Of a DNA stretch of 64,000 bases, positions 15,036 to 29,375 are shown piece by piece. The notes below the pieces were generated by a model. It did not search any database. It saw only the letters and a program-made list of their open reading frames with translations, and was not told the DNA's origin. Position 1 is the first letter of the stretch; each line of letters starts with the position of its first letter. Made by a program: the position numbers and the translations under genes. Origin of the DNA: Octopus vulgaris (lineage: Eukaryota); contig OX597832.1 of NCBI GenBank assembly GCA_951406725.2, forward strand, positions 56,110,001-56,174,000, read 5' to 3'.

Positions 15036-15544
15036 ATACTGTACACTGGTACCGAACCCATGACCATATAATCCGAAAGCAAGCGTCTTAACCACACTGC
15101 CCACGTCTGCGTCTTGAATCAACATGTTATGTCCACTCGTTCTTTAAACGTCCATTTCTCAGGCCGGTGTGAGAAGCAATTATTTCCAGAAGTGAGAAAA
15201 AAAAAAAAGCAATGAACAAAACCGAAAAGCAGCCAAAAGACAGAAACCGAAGAACAGCAGAGTTTGTTCTTATTTCGTGTCTACATCAAATATTTCGATT
15301 ATTTCTCAAATTTAATCAAACAACGAATGGAATTTTCTCAGATTGGGTAATGTTGTTGGTGAGACTCGAAAACATTTTGAAAGTCTGAAAATTGCGTTAG
15401 CACAATTTACAGAATATTTCTGACGGGAATATAAGGCAGCGAGCTGTCAGAATCGTTAGCACGCCGTACGAAATAGGGTCGACTTATTCCTGCCATTAAA
15501 ATTTGAAATCATTATTATTTTTATTATTATTGACGCATAACATT

Positions 15545-17047
<1,503 letters not shown>

Positions 17048-17798
17048 TCTATGTTTGACTTTTGCTTTATATTTGTACAAGTTGGCTCCAAGTCTCACCC
17101 AGAGACCTCAAGAGACAACAGGGTTGGAAGTTCATGTTGTTGTTATGCCTAGTGTGCCATATATTTGGGGGGTGGGGATGTTGTACTAATGAATGTCTAA
17201 AAAGAAAAAAAAAAAGGTTTTTTTTTGTTTTTTTTTTTTTTTAAACCGAAAATTATGTTTGTTTTAAACCTTGAGATTACATAGAGAGTATTTTGCGTAG
17301 GATATGAGCAGTTCCCATGAGCACTATCTTTTGAACTTCTGCCATTTTTGGGTTTCCTGGTATCTGAGTTAGGTAGCTATCAGCCCCTTTTGCTATCATT
17401 CCCAGGGCACCTATGACAACAGGTATTGTTTTAGTCTTCAGCTTCCACATTTTGCTGATTTCTATTTCAAGATCTTTATATTTGCTCAGTTTTTGGTAGG
17501 TCTTGACAGATACGTTTATATCGATTGGGACAGTCATATCAATGAGGAGGCATGTTCTTTGTTTGAAGTTTTTCAATATGATGTCTGGCCTATTTGCATC
17601 TATCTTCCTGTCAGTTTGAATGGTGAAGTTCCAGAGGAGTGAGATGTGGTCATTTTCAAGCACTGGGGGTGGTTTGTGTTCCCACCAGTTTTTTTCATAG
17701 GGCAAATCCAGGTTTTTACAGATTACCCAGTGAATATATTGTGCAGCTCTATCGTGCCTGTTGAGATACTCTGTAGGCGCTAGAAGACTGCACTTGGA
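17048..17798 (-). mobile_element. 5'-truncated R4/Dong-clade non-LTR retrotransposon (restriction-like endonuclease C-terminus plus 3' UTR)
   Basis: Open frame 17798-17277: YLNRHD...IHW...W.EH.P...LLWNFTIQTD...NRPDII...LIDMTVP...K..KY..L...PVVIGALG; both ends abut (TAA)n. Confidence 0.9.
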
Positions 17799-18825
<1,027 letters not shown>

Positions 18826-18826
<1 letters not shown>

Positions 18827-19075
18827 GCTTGTTTGCTACGGGCAGTATATTTGCCATGCAGAGATTTTTTTTCACTCCTATCAGCCAATTGTTCAAACGC
18901 ATTTTGCTTTGCTATTGATTTCACCATCTTTGCAACTACAGTTGCTGCACTTCCCTCGTGATGTCCAACCTGGGTATTATGCATAAACTTATTTGAAAAT
19001 ATTTTACTCCCCTTCATAACATAATAAAGCTTTTTACGTCTTTCATGGTTTTCAACGAGCTTTAGCATCCATATC
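18826..19075 (-). mobile_element. R4/Dong-clade LINE internal fragment
   Basis: WMLKLVENHE...K.LHGKY linker segment typical of the region before the CCHC knuckle; flanked by (TAA)n/(TGA)n. Confidence 0.65.
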
Positions 19076-19088
19076 ATCATCATCATCA

Positions 19089-19147
<59 letters not shown>

Positions 19148-19473
19148 GAGTGAGAGAGGTGTATGTGCCATCAAAGTAACACTGGAGTACAAATATACGA
19201 AGTCCAGTATACCCATCATGACTACCCGTGGGATAAGGGTACACTAGGTATATGCATCACGACCATATGTGTGTGACATCTTATATTAAGATAAACAGTG
19301 CAAGACCTTGCAGATGCCGCTAAGTATTTTGCTCGGCGTGCTAACGGCTCTTCCAGCCCACCACCTTGATGATGATGATGATGATGATGATGATGACGAT
19401 GACGACGACAACAACAACAACAACAACAACAACAATAATACTAATACTACTGCTAATAATAATAATAACAATA

Positions 19474-20035
19474 CCACCGAAAGCCTGATCGTTGCTGCAC
19501 AAGACAGGTTCTCGCTACCAATTTAGTGAAGTATAACATCTATAAAACTTCTAGCACCCAGAAATGCAGACTCTGTGGAAAGAGTGGAAAATGTGACCCA
19601 CTTGGTAAATGGTTCACATTTTCCACTTTCCAAAAAGAATACGAACGCCGCCACGATAAAGTGTGTGTGTATCTTCATTGGCTCTTCAGCCATAAATACC
19701 ACTATGAAGTAACAGAGAACTGGTATGAGCATGTACCAAGTAAAGTTATGCAGATGGATGGAAAAGTAACGATACTCTGGGACTATGATTTTCAGACGGA
19801 TCGTGTAATCGAACACCGTCGGGTCAGATATTGTCATATTGAATAAGAGAGACAAATACTGTCAGATCATTGATGTAGCCATGCCAAATGACATGAATGT
19901 TGTGAGTAAAGAGGTTGAAAAAATCATCAAGTAGTCTGAATTGAAAGCGGAAATGGCAAGACTGTATGGAATGCGAGAAGGTAATGTAAAAGTGATACCA
20001 GTGGTGATTGGAGCGTTGAGCTCAATCCCATTGAA
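19474..20035 (+). mobile_element. Degenerate R4/Dong-clade LINE fragment (CCHC + RLE)
   Basis: TESLIVAAQD, KCRLC, YERRHD, LHW, WYEHVP, ILWDYDFQTD, IIDVAMP, IPVVIGAL across frameshifts and stops. Confidence 0.85.
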
Positions 20036-20226
20036 ACGCACTATAACCAGCGGTATACACCCTTATCCGATAGTCTGGTCGTTAAAGAGATACAGTATTG
20101 ATTGTAATCGATCTCCTATACATTTTCATAGTCTTCTATCAATGTGGGAAATTATTCTGAGAATAGCAGAGCGATGCTGAAGGTGAATCAGTCAGCTTGG
20201 ATTCGTCGCTATATTCTTACTATACA

Positions 20227-20415
20227 AGGCGGTGAGCTGGCAGAAGTGTTAGCACGCCGGGCGAAATGCTTAGCGGTGTTTCTGAGTTCAAATTCCGCCG
20301 AGGTCGACTTTGCGTTTCATCCTTTCGGGGTCGATAAATTAAGTACCAGCTGCGTACTGGGGTCGATCTAATCGATTGCCCCCCCCTCTCCCCAAAAATT
20401 TCAAGCCTTGTACCT
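20227..20415 (+). mobile_element. SINE family A copy
   Basis: Full head ggcggtgagctggcagaa...gagttcaaattcc. Confidence 0.85.
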
Positions 20416-20417
20416 AT

Positions 20418-21230
20418 TCTTTTACTTGTTTCAGTCATTTGACTGCAGCCATGCTGAAGCACCACCTATAGTCGAACAAATCCCAGGACTTATTCTTTGT
20501 AAGCCTAGTACTTATTCTATCGGTCTCTTTTGCCGAACCGCTATGTTACGGGGACGTAAACACACCAACATCGGTTGTCAAGCGATGCTGGGGAGACAAA
20601 CACATACACACAAATTTATATATATATATATATATATATATACGACGGGCTTCTTTCAGTTTCTATCTACCAAATCCACTCACATGGATTTGGTCGGTCC
20701 CAGTATACAGCAGAAGATACTTGCCCAAGGTGCCACGCAATGGGACTGAGCGCGGAACCATGTGGTTGGGAAGCAGGCTTCTTATTTCTTTACTGCCCAC
20801 AAGGGGCTACACACAGAGAGGACAAACAAGAACAGACAAACGGATTAAGTCGATTATATCGACGCCAGTGCGTAACTGGTACTTATTTAATCGACCCCGA
20901 AAGGATGAAAGGCAAAGTTGACCTCAGCGGAATTTGAACTCAGAACGTAGCGGCAGACGAAATACCCATTTCCCATTTCTTTATTACCCACAAGGGGCTA
21001 AACATAGAAGGGACAAACAAGGACAGACAAACGGATTAAGTCGATTATATCGACCCCAGTGCGTAACTGGTACTTATTAATCGACCCCGAAAGGATGAAA
21101 GGCAAAGTTGACCTAGACGGAATTTGAACTCAGGACGTAGCGGCAGACGAAATACCGCTAAGCATTTCGCCCGGCGCGCTAACGTTTCTGCCAGTTCACC
21201 GCCTTCTTACCACACAGCCACTCCTGCGCC
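20418..21230 (-). mobile_element. SINE family B with nested family A dimer (~20780-21205)
   Basis: B sequence resumes after the A dimer; cttctta repeated at both junctions. Confidence 0.85.
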
Positions 21231-21329
21231 TGCATAAGGATACTCCCCCCCCTCCCCGCCAAAAAAAAAAAAATGTGCATGAAATCCACTTTCAGCAGTT
21301 AACGGAAGTAAAATTTTGGGCAGATGCTT

Positions 21330-23900
21330 CCGCTTCCCATTTTTGAAGAGTTAAGAGTATTTCTTTCTTTACTTTGTCTTTATTAAAAATGAAGTTTGAG
21401 GTAAAAATTGTAGAAGAGCCGCCATTGTTTATTTTTAAATATAAATGAAAATTCTGATTTCAAATTCAGCAGATAAAAAAAAAACGGTAAACTTTGTCTT
21501 TTGAAAAAAAAATATTCAAAATTAAAACTTGAATCACATGGCAGTTCTGCAAATTCCTTTTGGTGTCTTCAAAGGAAGACGTGTTCCGTTGCTACAAGGA
21601 ATGGAAATTTGAATTCAATTTGATTTCCATTTACTATGTCTGATGGAAAATATTTGTTGAACTGTTTTACCATACATACAAAATGCTCGATTATCATCTG
21701 TTTAATCGATAATCAATCGAATTAAAGTTACTTTCCCAGACAAAATCGTCATTAATACATGGAATCTATGCTATTTTGTACAACGTATTTTACTAAGTTT
21801 CATGTCTTTTTCATGAATGTTTCAGTTTTACCTTGTAAATTGAAAATGTGTGTCTTCTACCCTTAGAGAAACATTAAGTTCCATTAAACTTTCCAAATTA
21901 TGTCACAAAAATAGCGTAATTTGCAAGTCCAATTCGCATCATGACAGAATTCCACAAAATATTCGTCCTTTTCTGAAGAAAAAAATAAAATCGTTACTTC
22001 GTTTTTAAGTCAACAACTCATGTCGAAGCTCCTCCCTTTCACAGTCTTCGTACTTCTGTATTCAATGGGTTACTAATTGTGTGTGTTATTTGTATTACCA
22101 CACTTAGCTCCGAATAAATTTGTTGTAGTTACTAATGCTTCTCAATGAATCATATAATCCGTGAATAAAATAAGACCATTGCTTGTAGATTTAACTTTAT
22201 CGTGAAATCCAACATATTTTTCCAGATGTTGTTGCCAAGACATCGTATGTTCACCGATACGGTTGTTCCATTTCGCTGAAATTACAAGCAAGATGATCAG
22301 CTCCTGTTTAAATTTATTGTTCCGGGGACTTCTGCCTGACGAGGTACTACATGTCGAAACAACAGTGTCCCTTATAAATCGGACGTGTTATAAACACAGA
22401 GTCGTTGTAATGTAGAACCTGTTCTCTGGCGAACACAACAACGATTAGCATGTTGCATTCGAATCTGCTGAAACGTATTAGCTATAAATATGCAAGTCGG
22501 GGTTTCGAATCTCGCTGTTCACCGTACGTATAACAATTTATCATCGGTTGGTAAATATTAGCACTACAGCAGTGAGCTGACTGAAGCGTTAGCACGCTGG
22601 GCGAAATGCTTAGCGGTATTTCGTCTGCGTTACGTTGTGAGTTCGAATTCCGCCGAGGTCGACTTTGCTTTTCATCCTTTTGGGGTCGATAAATTAAGTA
22701 CCAGTTACGCACTAGGGTCGATGTAATCGACTTAATACCTATGTCTGTCCTTGTTTGTCTCCTCTGTGTTTAGCCCCTTGTGGGTAATAAGGAAATAGAA
22801 ATAGGTATTTCGTCTGCCGTTACGTTCTGAGTTCAAATTCCACCGAGGTTGACTTTGCCTTTCATCCTTTTGGGGTCGATAAATTAAGTACCAGTTACGC
22901 ACTGGGGTCGATGTAATCGACTTAATCCGTTTGTCTGTCCTTGTTTGTCACCTCTCTGTGTAGTCTCCTGTGGGTAGTAAAGAAATAGGTATTTCGTCTG
23001 CCGTTACGTTCTGAGTTCAAATTTCACCGAGGTCGACTTTGCCTTTCATCCTTTTGGGGTCGATAAATTAAGTACCAGTTACGCACTGGAGTCGATGTAA
23101 TCGACTTAATCCGTTTGTCTGTCCTTGTTTGTTCCCTCTGTATTTAGCCCCTTGTGAGTAGTAAAGAAATAGGTAAATATTAGCACGGATCAACGAACAA
23201 ACTATTCGCTGAAATTATAAACAAGATTATCGGCTGTCGTAAATATGCAAGTCGTCATTCCAGATATATTGGCTTTAAAAACATGACCTACTTTGTGGAA
23301 AGCATTTTTACCTTTTTTATGACTGTCTAATCGTCGACAAAACAATAAGTCCTGGCGTACACAGCTTTTAATATGAAACGCTGGCAAATACCAATTGTAG
23401 AGTCACATTTGCAATTTCGGTCGATTCATCGAATTCACTCATAAATTTAATATTTTCTTTAATTCTTTCTCTTAGTTGTACAAAATAGTTAATGCCAATC
23501 CCTGCAGTTCTTTTACATACCGTATCATTTAACTTTTTCTTATTTCGTCTGCAGTAGATTTTGTTTTCTTTGACCTGCCGCCGGCAATTGAAGCTCTTTG
23601 CAATTGTGCATGATTTCTTAGCATTTGTAATTAAGTAGGACATTTCGTCTCATACCCACGGGTAGTTTTCTTCTGTTGTACATGTTCTTTAAAAAAACAA
23701 GTTCTTTTTCATTCGAAGATTTCAGTAGTCTTTCAAAAATAAAAAAATAATAACAGTGAAGATTTGTCTGTATAGAAATCACAATTCCAAGATGTCTTCT
23801 AAATTTAACAAAATGAAAACATTTGCTACGTTTCATTTTACTCAAAGAGGACTATGTTCTTCGAGTCTAAGAACTAAAGTAAGACCATATTTCAGTGGAA
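21330..23900 (-). pseudogene. Fossil hAT (Buster/Charlie, ZBED5/8-like) transposase
   Basis: Ordered minus-strand remnants: LKYGLT..EE..P, KFRRHL, SYLITNAKK, NDTV.KR, FDESTEIAN..LQLVF, DLLFC, GF..KVK..IH*EAL, FNKYFP, ELPCD; many stops and frameshifts; interrupted by a SINE multimer. Confidence 0.72.
22565..23171 (+). mobile_element. SINE family A trimer
   Basis: Three ~187-bp units; 15-bp TSD ggtaaatattagcac at 22550-22564 and 23172-23186. Confidence 0.88.
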
Positions 23901-23964
23901 TATTCCTTGTATTTCCTCTACTTTGTTCAGGATTCTTCAGTTTCTCGTTTATTTTAGGTTACTC

Positions 23965-24177
23965 TTTTCTCTTTTACTCTTTTACTTGTTTCAGTCATTT
24001 GACTGCGGCCATGCTGGAGTACAACCTTTAGTCGAGCAAATCGACCCCGGGACTTATTCTTTGTAAGCCCAGTACTTATTCTATCGGTCTCTTTTGCCGA
24101 ACCGCTAATTGACGGGGACGTAAACACACCAGCATCGGTTGTCAAGCAATGCTAGGGGAACAAACACAGACACACAA

Positions 24178-24222
<45 letters not shown>

Positions 24223-24388
24223 TACGACGGGCTTCTTTCAGTTTCCGTCTACCAAATCCACTCACAAGGCATTGGTCGGCCCGGGGCTATAGCAGAAGAC
24301 ACTTGCCCAAGGTGCCACGCAGTGGGACTGAATCCGGAACCATGTGGTTGGTAAACAAGCTACTTACCACACAGCCACTCCTGCGCCT
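23965..24388 (-). mobile_element. SINE family B, full length
   Basis: Reverse-complement match to 14628-15035. Confidence 0.88.
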
Positions 24389-24457
24389 ATGTAGGTTATG
24401 TAGGAATTGTTACTCCAGTATTGATTTCTGCTACGATCCTCTTTGATCATTTTAACA

Positions 24458-24692
24458 GCTGTGTGGTAAGAGGCTTGCTTCGCAATCACGAGGTTTCGGG
24501 TTCAGTCTCACTGCGTGGCACCTTGGGCAAGTGTTTTCTTCTATGGCTCCGAACCGACCAATACCTTGTGAGTGAATTTGGTACACGTGAAGATTGTGGC
24601 ATCCCGTCATATGTGTGTATGTATGCATGTATGTATGCATGTATGTATGTATGTATATATATACACACACACATATGTAAATAAGCCCGTCG

Positions 24693-24731
<39 letters not shown>

Positions 24732-25020
24732 CTGTGTGTCTGTGTGTCTGTGTTTGTCCCCCCACCATCGCTTGACAACCGATGTTGTCAATAACACATA
24801 ACTGACACACGTAAAGCAACACTAAAAAAATAACATTGTAACCAGTTTTAACTGGTTACAATGTCCCCGTAACTTAGCGGTTCGGCAAAAAGAGACCGAT
24901 AGAATAAGTACCAGGCTTACAAAGAATAAATCCTGGGGTCGGTTTGCTCGACTAAAGGCGGTGCTCCAGCATGGCCGCAGTCAAATGACTGAAACAAATA
25001 AAAGGATAAAAGAATAAAAA
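24458..25020 (+). mobile_element. SINE family B with internal duplication and a small fold-back insert
   Basis: Matches other B copies; foreign segment 24787-24864. Confidence 0.82.
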
Positions 25021-25659
25021 ATCATAATAATGTGTATCTCAAGAACTGGAGGTGATGAGTGAAAACTGGTTTTGTATCTAAAATCAGTCCCACAAAAGTA
25101 GGCTAGGACAACCATTTTTATGCTTGCTTCAATTTCTTTGTCAACCAGTGTTATTATTATTTGGGGCTTAGAACAATGTTTTACTTGAATATGTTTAGAA
25201 GAAAATCGTTGAAAGTATTTCTTGCGATAAATATTTTTTCGGAGCAACAGTATTTTCAGGAATTCATTTCTACACTCTCAGAAGTTCACAGCCTGGATGT
25301 TAATTCTTGATTACTTGCACACGTTTACGTTCAATTTCTTGTAAATTAACTCTAAGTCTAATGAATTTTGGCTTCCAATTACGACCACTAACTGCATTTC
25401 CAGATCTTTCTTCAACTTAAACCACTCAAACACGTTCAGTTTCAGACGCACGAATTGAGCTTCGCTGGGTGACTTTTCTCTTTTTTCTTTTCTTTTCTTT
25501 TCGTTTCTTCTTTTTCCTTTTTTTTTTTTTAAGAAATGATTTAATTTAATTCAGTTTCTCTCTCTGACAAAAAGAATTGTTCAAAAAACGCTCGACTACT
25601 CATTTTTCTTACTGATATATTATTTAAAACTTATGTATATTATACTTAGTTCTGGTTTG

Positions 25660-26165
25660 ATGATGACGATGATGGTGATGATGGTGGTGGTGATGGTGGT
25701 GGTGGTGGTGGTGGTGGTGGCGGTTTTGGTGGCGGCAGTGGTTGGGATTCGAGGAAAGATGATGATGATGATGATGATAGTGATGGTAGTGATGGTGGTA
25801 GTAGTTGTGATGATGATGAGGAGGAGGGGAGGAGAAGGAGGATGAAGATGATGATGATGGTGATGATGGTGGTGGTGGTGGTGGTGGTGGTGGTTTTGGT
25901 GGCGGCGGTGGGTGGGATTCAAATAATGATGATGATGATGATAATGATAGTGATGGTAGTGATGGTGGTAGTAGTTGTGATGAGGAGGAGGAGGATGAAG
26001 ATGATGATGATGATGATGATGATTTGGTGGCGGCGGTCGTAGCGGTCGTGATGGTGGTGGCGGTGATGATGATGACGATAAGGATGATGATGAAGAGGAG
26101 GAGGAGGAGGAGCAGTAGTAGCAGGGCGAGGAGAAGGAGGAGGGGTACAACGTCGACGACGACGA
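25660..26165. repeat. (GAT)n/(GGT)n/(GAG)n compound repeat containing a ~175-bp tandem duplication
   Basis: ggttttggtggcggc...gggattc...gtagttgtgatga occurs twice. Confidence 0.85.
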
Positions 26166-26361
26166 GGACTTTATTTTTAACGACGTTTCTAGCAACTTCT
26201 ATCATCTTTTACCATGGATTTCCTGTGATACTTCGACAATCGATCGGTAAACTGGCATTATCTTTTACTATGGATCTCCTTAATCCTTGAGTCATGGATC
26301 TACCAATCAATATCATCTTTTACTTTGGACACTCCTTAATCTCTCAATGAACTGGTAACTA

Positions 26362-26660
26362 ATAATCGGTCCTACTCTAGGCACTAGGCCTGAAATTTTG
26401 GGGAGGGGGCCCGTCGATTAGATCGACCCCAGTACGCAACTGGTACTTAATTTATCGACCCCGAAAGGATGAAAGGCAAAGTCGACCTCGGCGGAATTTG
26501 AACCCAGAATGTAATGATAAACGAAATACCTATTTCTTTACAACCCACAAGGGGCTAAACACAGAGTGGACAAACAAGGACAGACAAACGGATTAAGTCG
26601 ATTACATCGACCCCAGTGCGCAACTGGTACTTAATTTATCGACCCCGAAAGGATGAAAGG
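26362..26660 (-). mobile_element. SINE family A partial dimer
   Basis: Same unit and junction as 12513-13293. Confidence 0.82.
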
Positions 26661-26887
26661 CATCAAATTCGTTGGTACGCTTGGGTTTCAAGCATGATGC
26701 TGGTCGTCAGCCATTCTGAATCTGAATTCAAGCTCGCTGACGACTGACATCACACGTTTTGTTCCATACATGTAACAGTTTTGATCAATAAATGTAACTC
26801 CCAATAAATTAGTTGAGTGCCCTTAAATATATATATATATTAATACATATATATTCATATATATATATATACATATATATATACATG

Positions 26888-26936
<49 letters not shown>

Positions 26937-27136
26937 CAAAATTAGAGAATGGAGAAACATACTTAAATCAGTAAAACATCAACTATCCGATGATACTCAA
27001 TCCATACTTTAATACACCATTACATATGAGTAAAGGCAATATATAAAATGAAATGAGATATACAGTAATAGTAAAAGTAAAAAGATAAAGAGATATAAGT
27101 AAAAAATTTCAAATATAATATGCAAATAAATCAAAA

Positions 27137-27244
27137 CTGACAGCTGTTTCGGCAGTGAGGACAGTCATACCTCATTTAACCTATAAGCCATAAAGGCAGG
27201 TATAAATGAGGCATTAACAAGGATGCCCCACGGCCTCTTCAGAG
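27137..27244 (-). ncRNA. Type I hammerhead ribozyme at PLE 3' end
   Basis: CUGAAGA (27242-27236), long stem II (GGC/GCC, GUGGGG/CCUCAC, GCCUCAUUUA/UAAAUGAGGU), GAAA, palindromic ACAGCUGU, GUC site; stem I weak. Confidence 0.78.
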
Positions 27245-27594
27245 AATTAAATTAAATTTGTTATAATAGTGAAAAATATTATATAATCATATACATATAA
27301 ATATAAAAATATAAAAATGTAAAATATAAAAACTTATACATCATAATGCTACACTTATATAATATAATACACATTTGTACAAAAAGGAAGGTAAACAGAA
27401 CAAAATAAAACAAAATATATAACAGTGTATATATTAATATTAATAAGTACCGATATTATACATATTTGGCTAATAGTTTTTTTTATAAAAAAAAAAAAAA
27501 AAAAGGGCTAACACATATGGAGATGAAAAATAATAATTAAATCCGTGGTACAGTTCATAAAATTCTAAAGCTATAAAAGTTAATAAAAATTACT

Positions 27595-27638
<44 letters not shown>

Positions 27639-29375
27639 TAATAATAATAAAAAATACTAAAAATAGATACAGTTAAGTTAGCACCAAGTCCATCCTTTCA
27701 AGATCGAAATAACTATGAGTTAAGAAATGCTGACCACTAGGTAAAGAAAATTTAGATTAATTCGATTGGCTATTGGTTTGAAATTTAAATCACAAAAGAA
27801 AATTATACGGTTGGTTAGTCAAGGAACGCCAATATTCACACACGCATCTACAGATCAATCGCACATACACACATAGTTATATGTATATACATACACTTAT
27901 ACACATACATATTCACAAGCAACAACTAGCACTTAGATAAACAAAAAAGGGAAGCAACTATGCTAACATTTAGTCCTTCAAAATTATAACTGAGCCTCAA
28001 TAACAAAAAAAGAACCATCCATGCATTCTATAAAATATTTAATTTAGATATAAATATATTTTTAAATATCAGTATGTTACTAATTCAGATAATTATTTCA
28101 TGGGTAACTTAAAATTTATAACACCGGTTTGTTACAGAGTAAACATACGGTTGTTAGGTTTATCGTAAGTTTGTTATGATTTTAAGTACGCTAAATTATA
28201 AAATATAAAATATAAGATATATATTAATTTAAATATTATAAATAAGTCACTTATTAACTTAATAAATATAGTGCCATAATATACCAGTTTAGGCATTAAA
28301 GAATAGAAGGAGAAGTATTAATGTAAACGTTTATGAGAACATCACAGAAATTTTAAATAAATTTTATATTATAAAGACTTAAGATGAAAAGAGATAAAAT
28401 AAATAAAAAGGAATAAATACGAAGGAATAAATACGGTTATACACATAATTATAAGTACAAACTAGTATATATGTATTCATATATTATTAAAATTAAATAA
28501 AAATAAATGATAGATATGTATGTATAAAACTACACCAGTATAAGTAAATAAGTAAAAAATAAATAGGTAACAAATTAGATGACTTGATATGTATGTAAAC
28601 ATCTACACTTAAATAGGCAAATAAATAAATGAATAGAAGACTAGATGCAAAGATTGATAATATTACAATAAAATGGGAAATAAATAAAAATAAATAAAGT
28701 GAATATATATATTTTATATTGTTGAAAGTAAATATGTATGGAAGGATAGTTTAAAGTACAAATCCAGAGGACTATAGATATAAACTAAATATATGAGGCT
28801 GGTAATAATTATAAAGCAAAATGCATGTAAATGAGAAAAATGAAAAAAAAAAAATGAAAAAGGTTTATCAGTGAATAGCATAAGATACAAATTAAGGTGA
28901 GTACAAAAAGACCAAATATATAATAAAAACCTTCCAAATAAACACATACAAAAAACCTATAATCTCAACCTAAACCCACCAAACTCACAAAAGGCTCTCA
29001 TATATTACATATTATACAATATCATTACATTATCTAGAGCTAGGTATCTAACCAAGATATACATATATACTATGCAATATACTATGCAATATTGGAAAAC
29101 TTCAAAAATCACACATTACAAGGCAAATACCAAAATGAATATGTTATTTTATGTCATATTGCATTTCTCTTAAAAAAAACAAACAAAAACCCACATACAA
29201 AAACCAAGAAACCAATAATACTAGACACAATCCATTAATTATTATACAAATGTAGCTATAAAAATTATAAAATTATGAAATTTATAAATTGTATACTTTA
29301 GAATTATAGAAGACCACAGGTATATTTAGTTAAAGAAGGGAATTAAAAAATTAATAATAGTGGAAGTGCTAAGTT

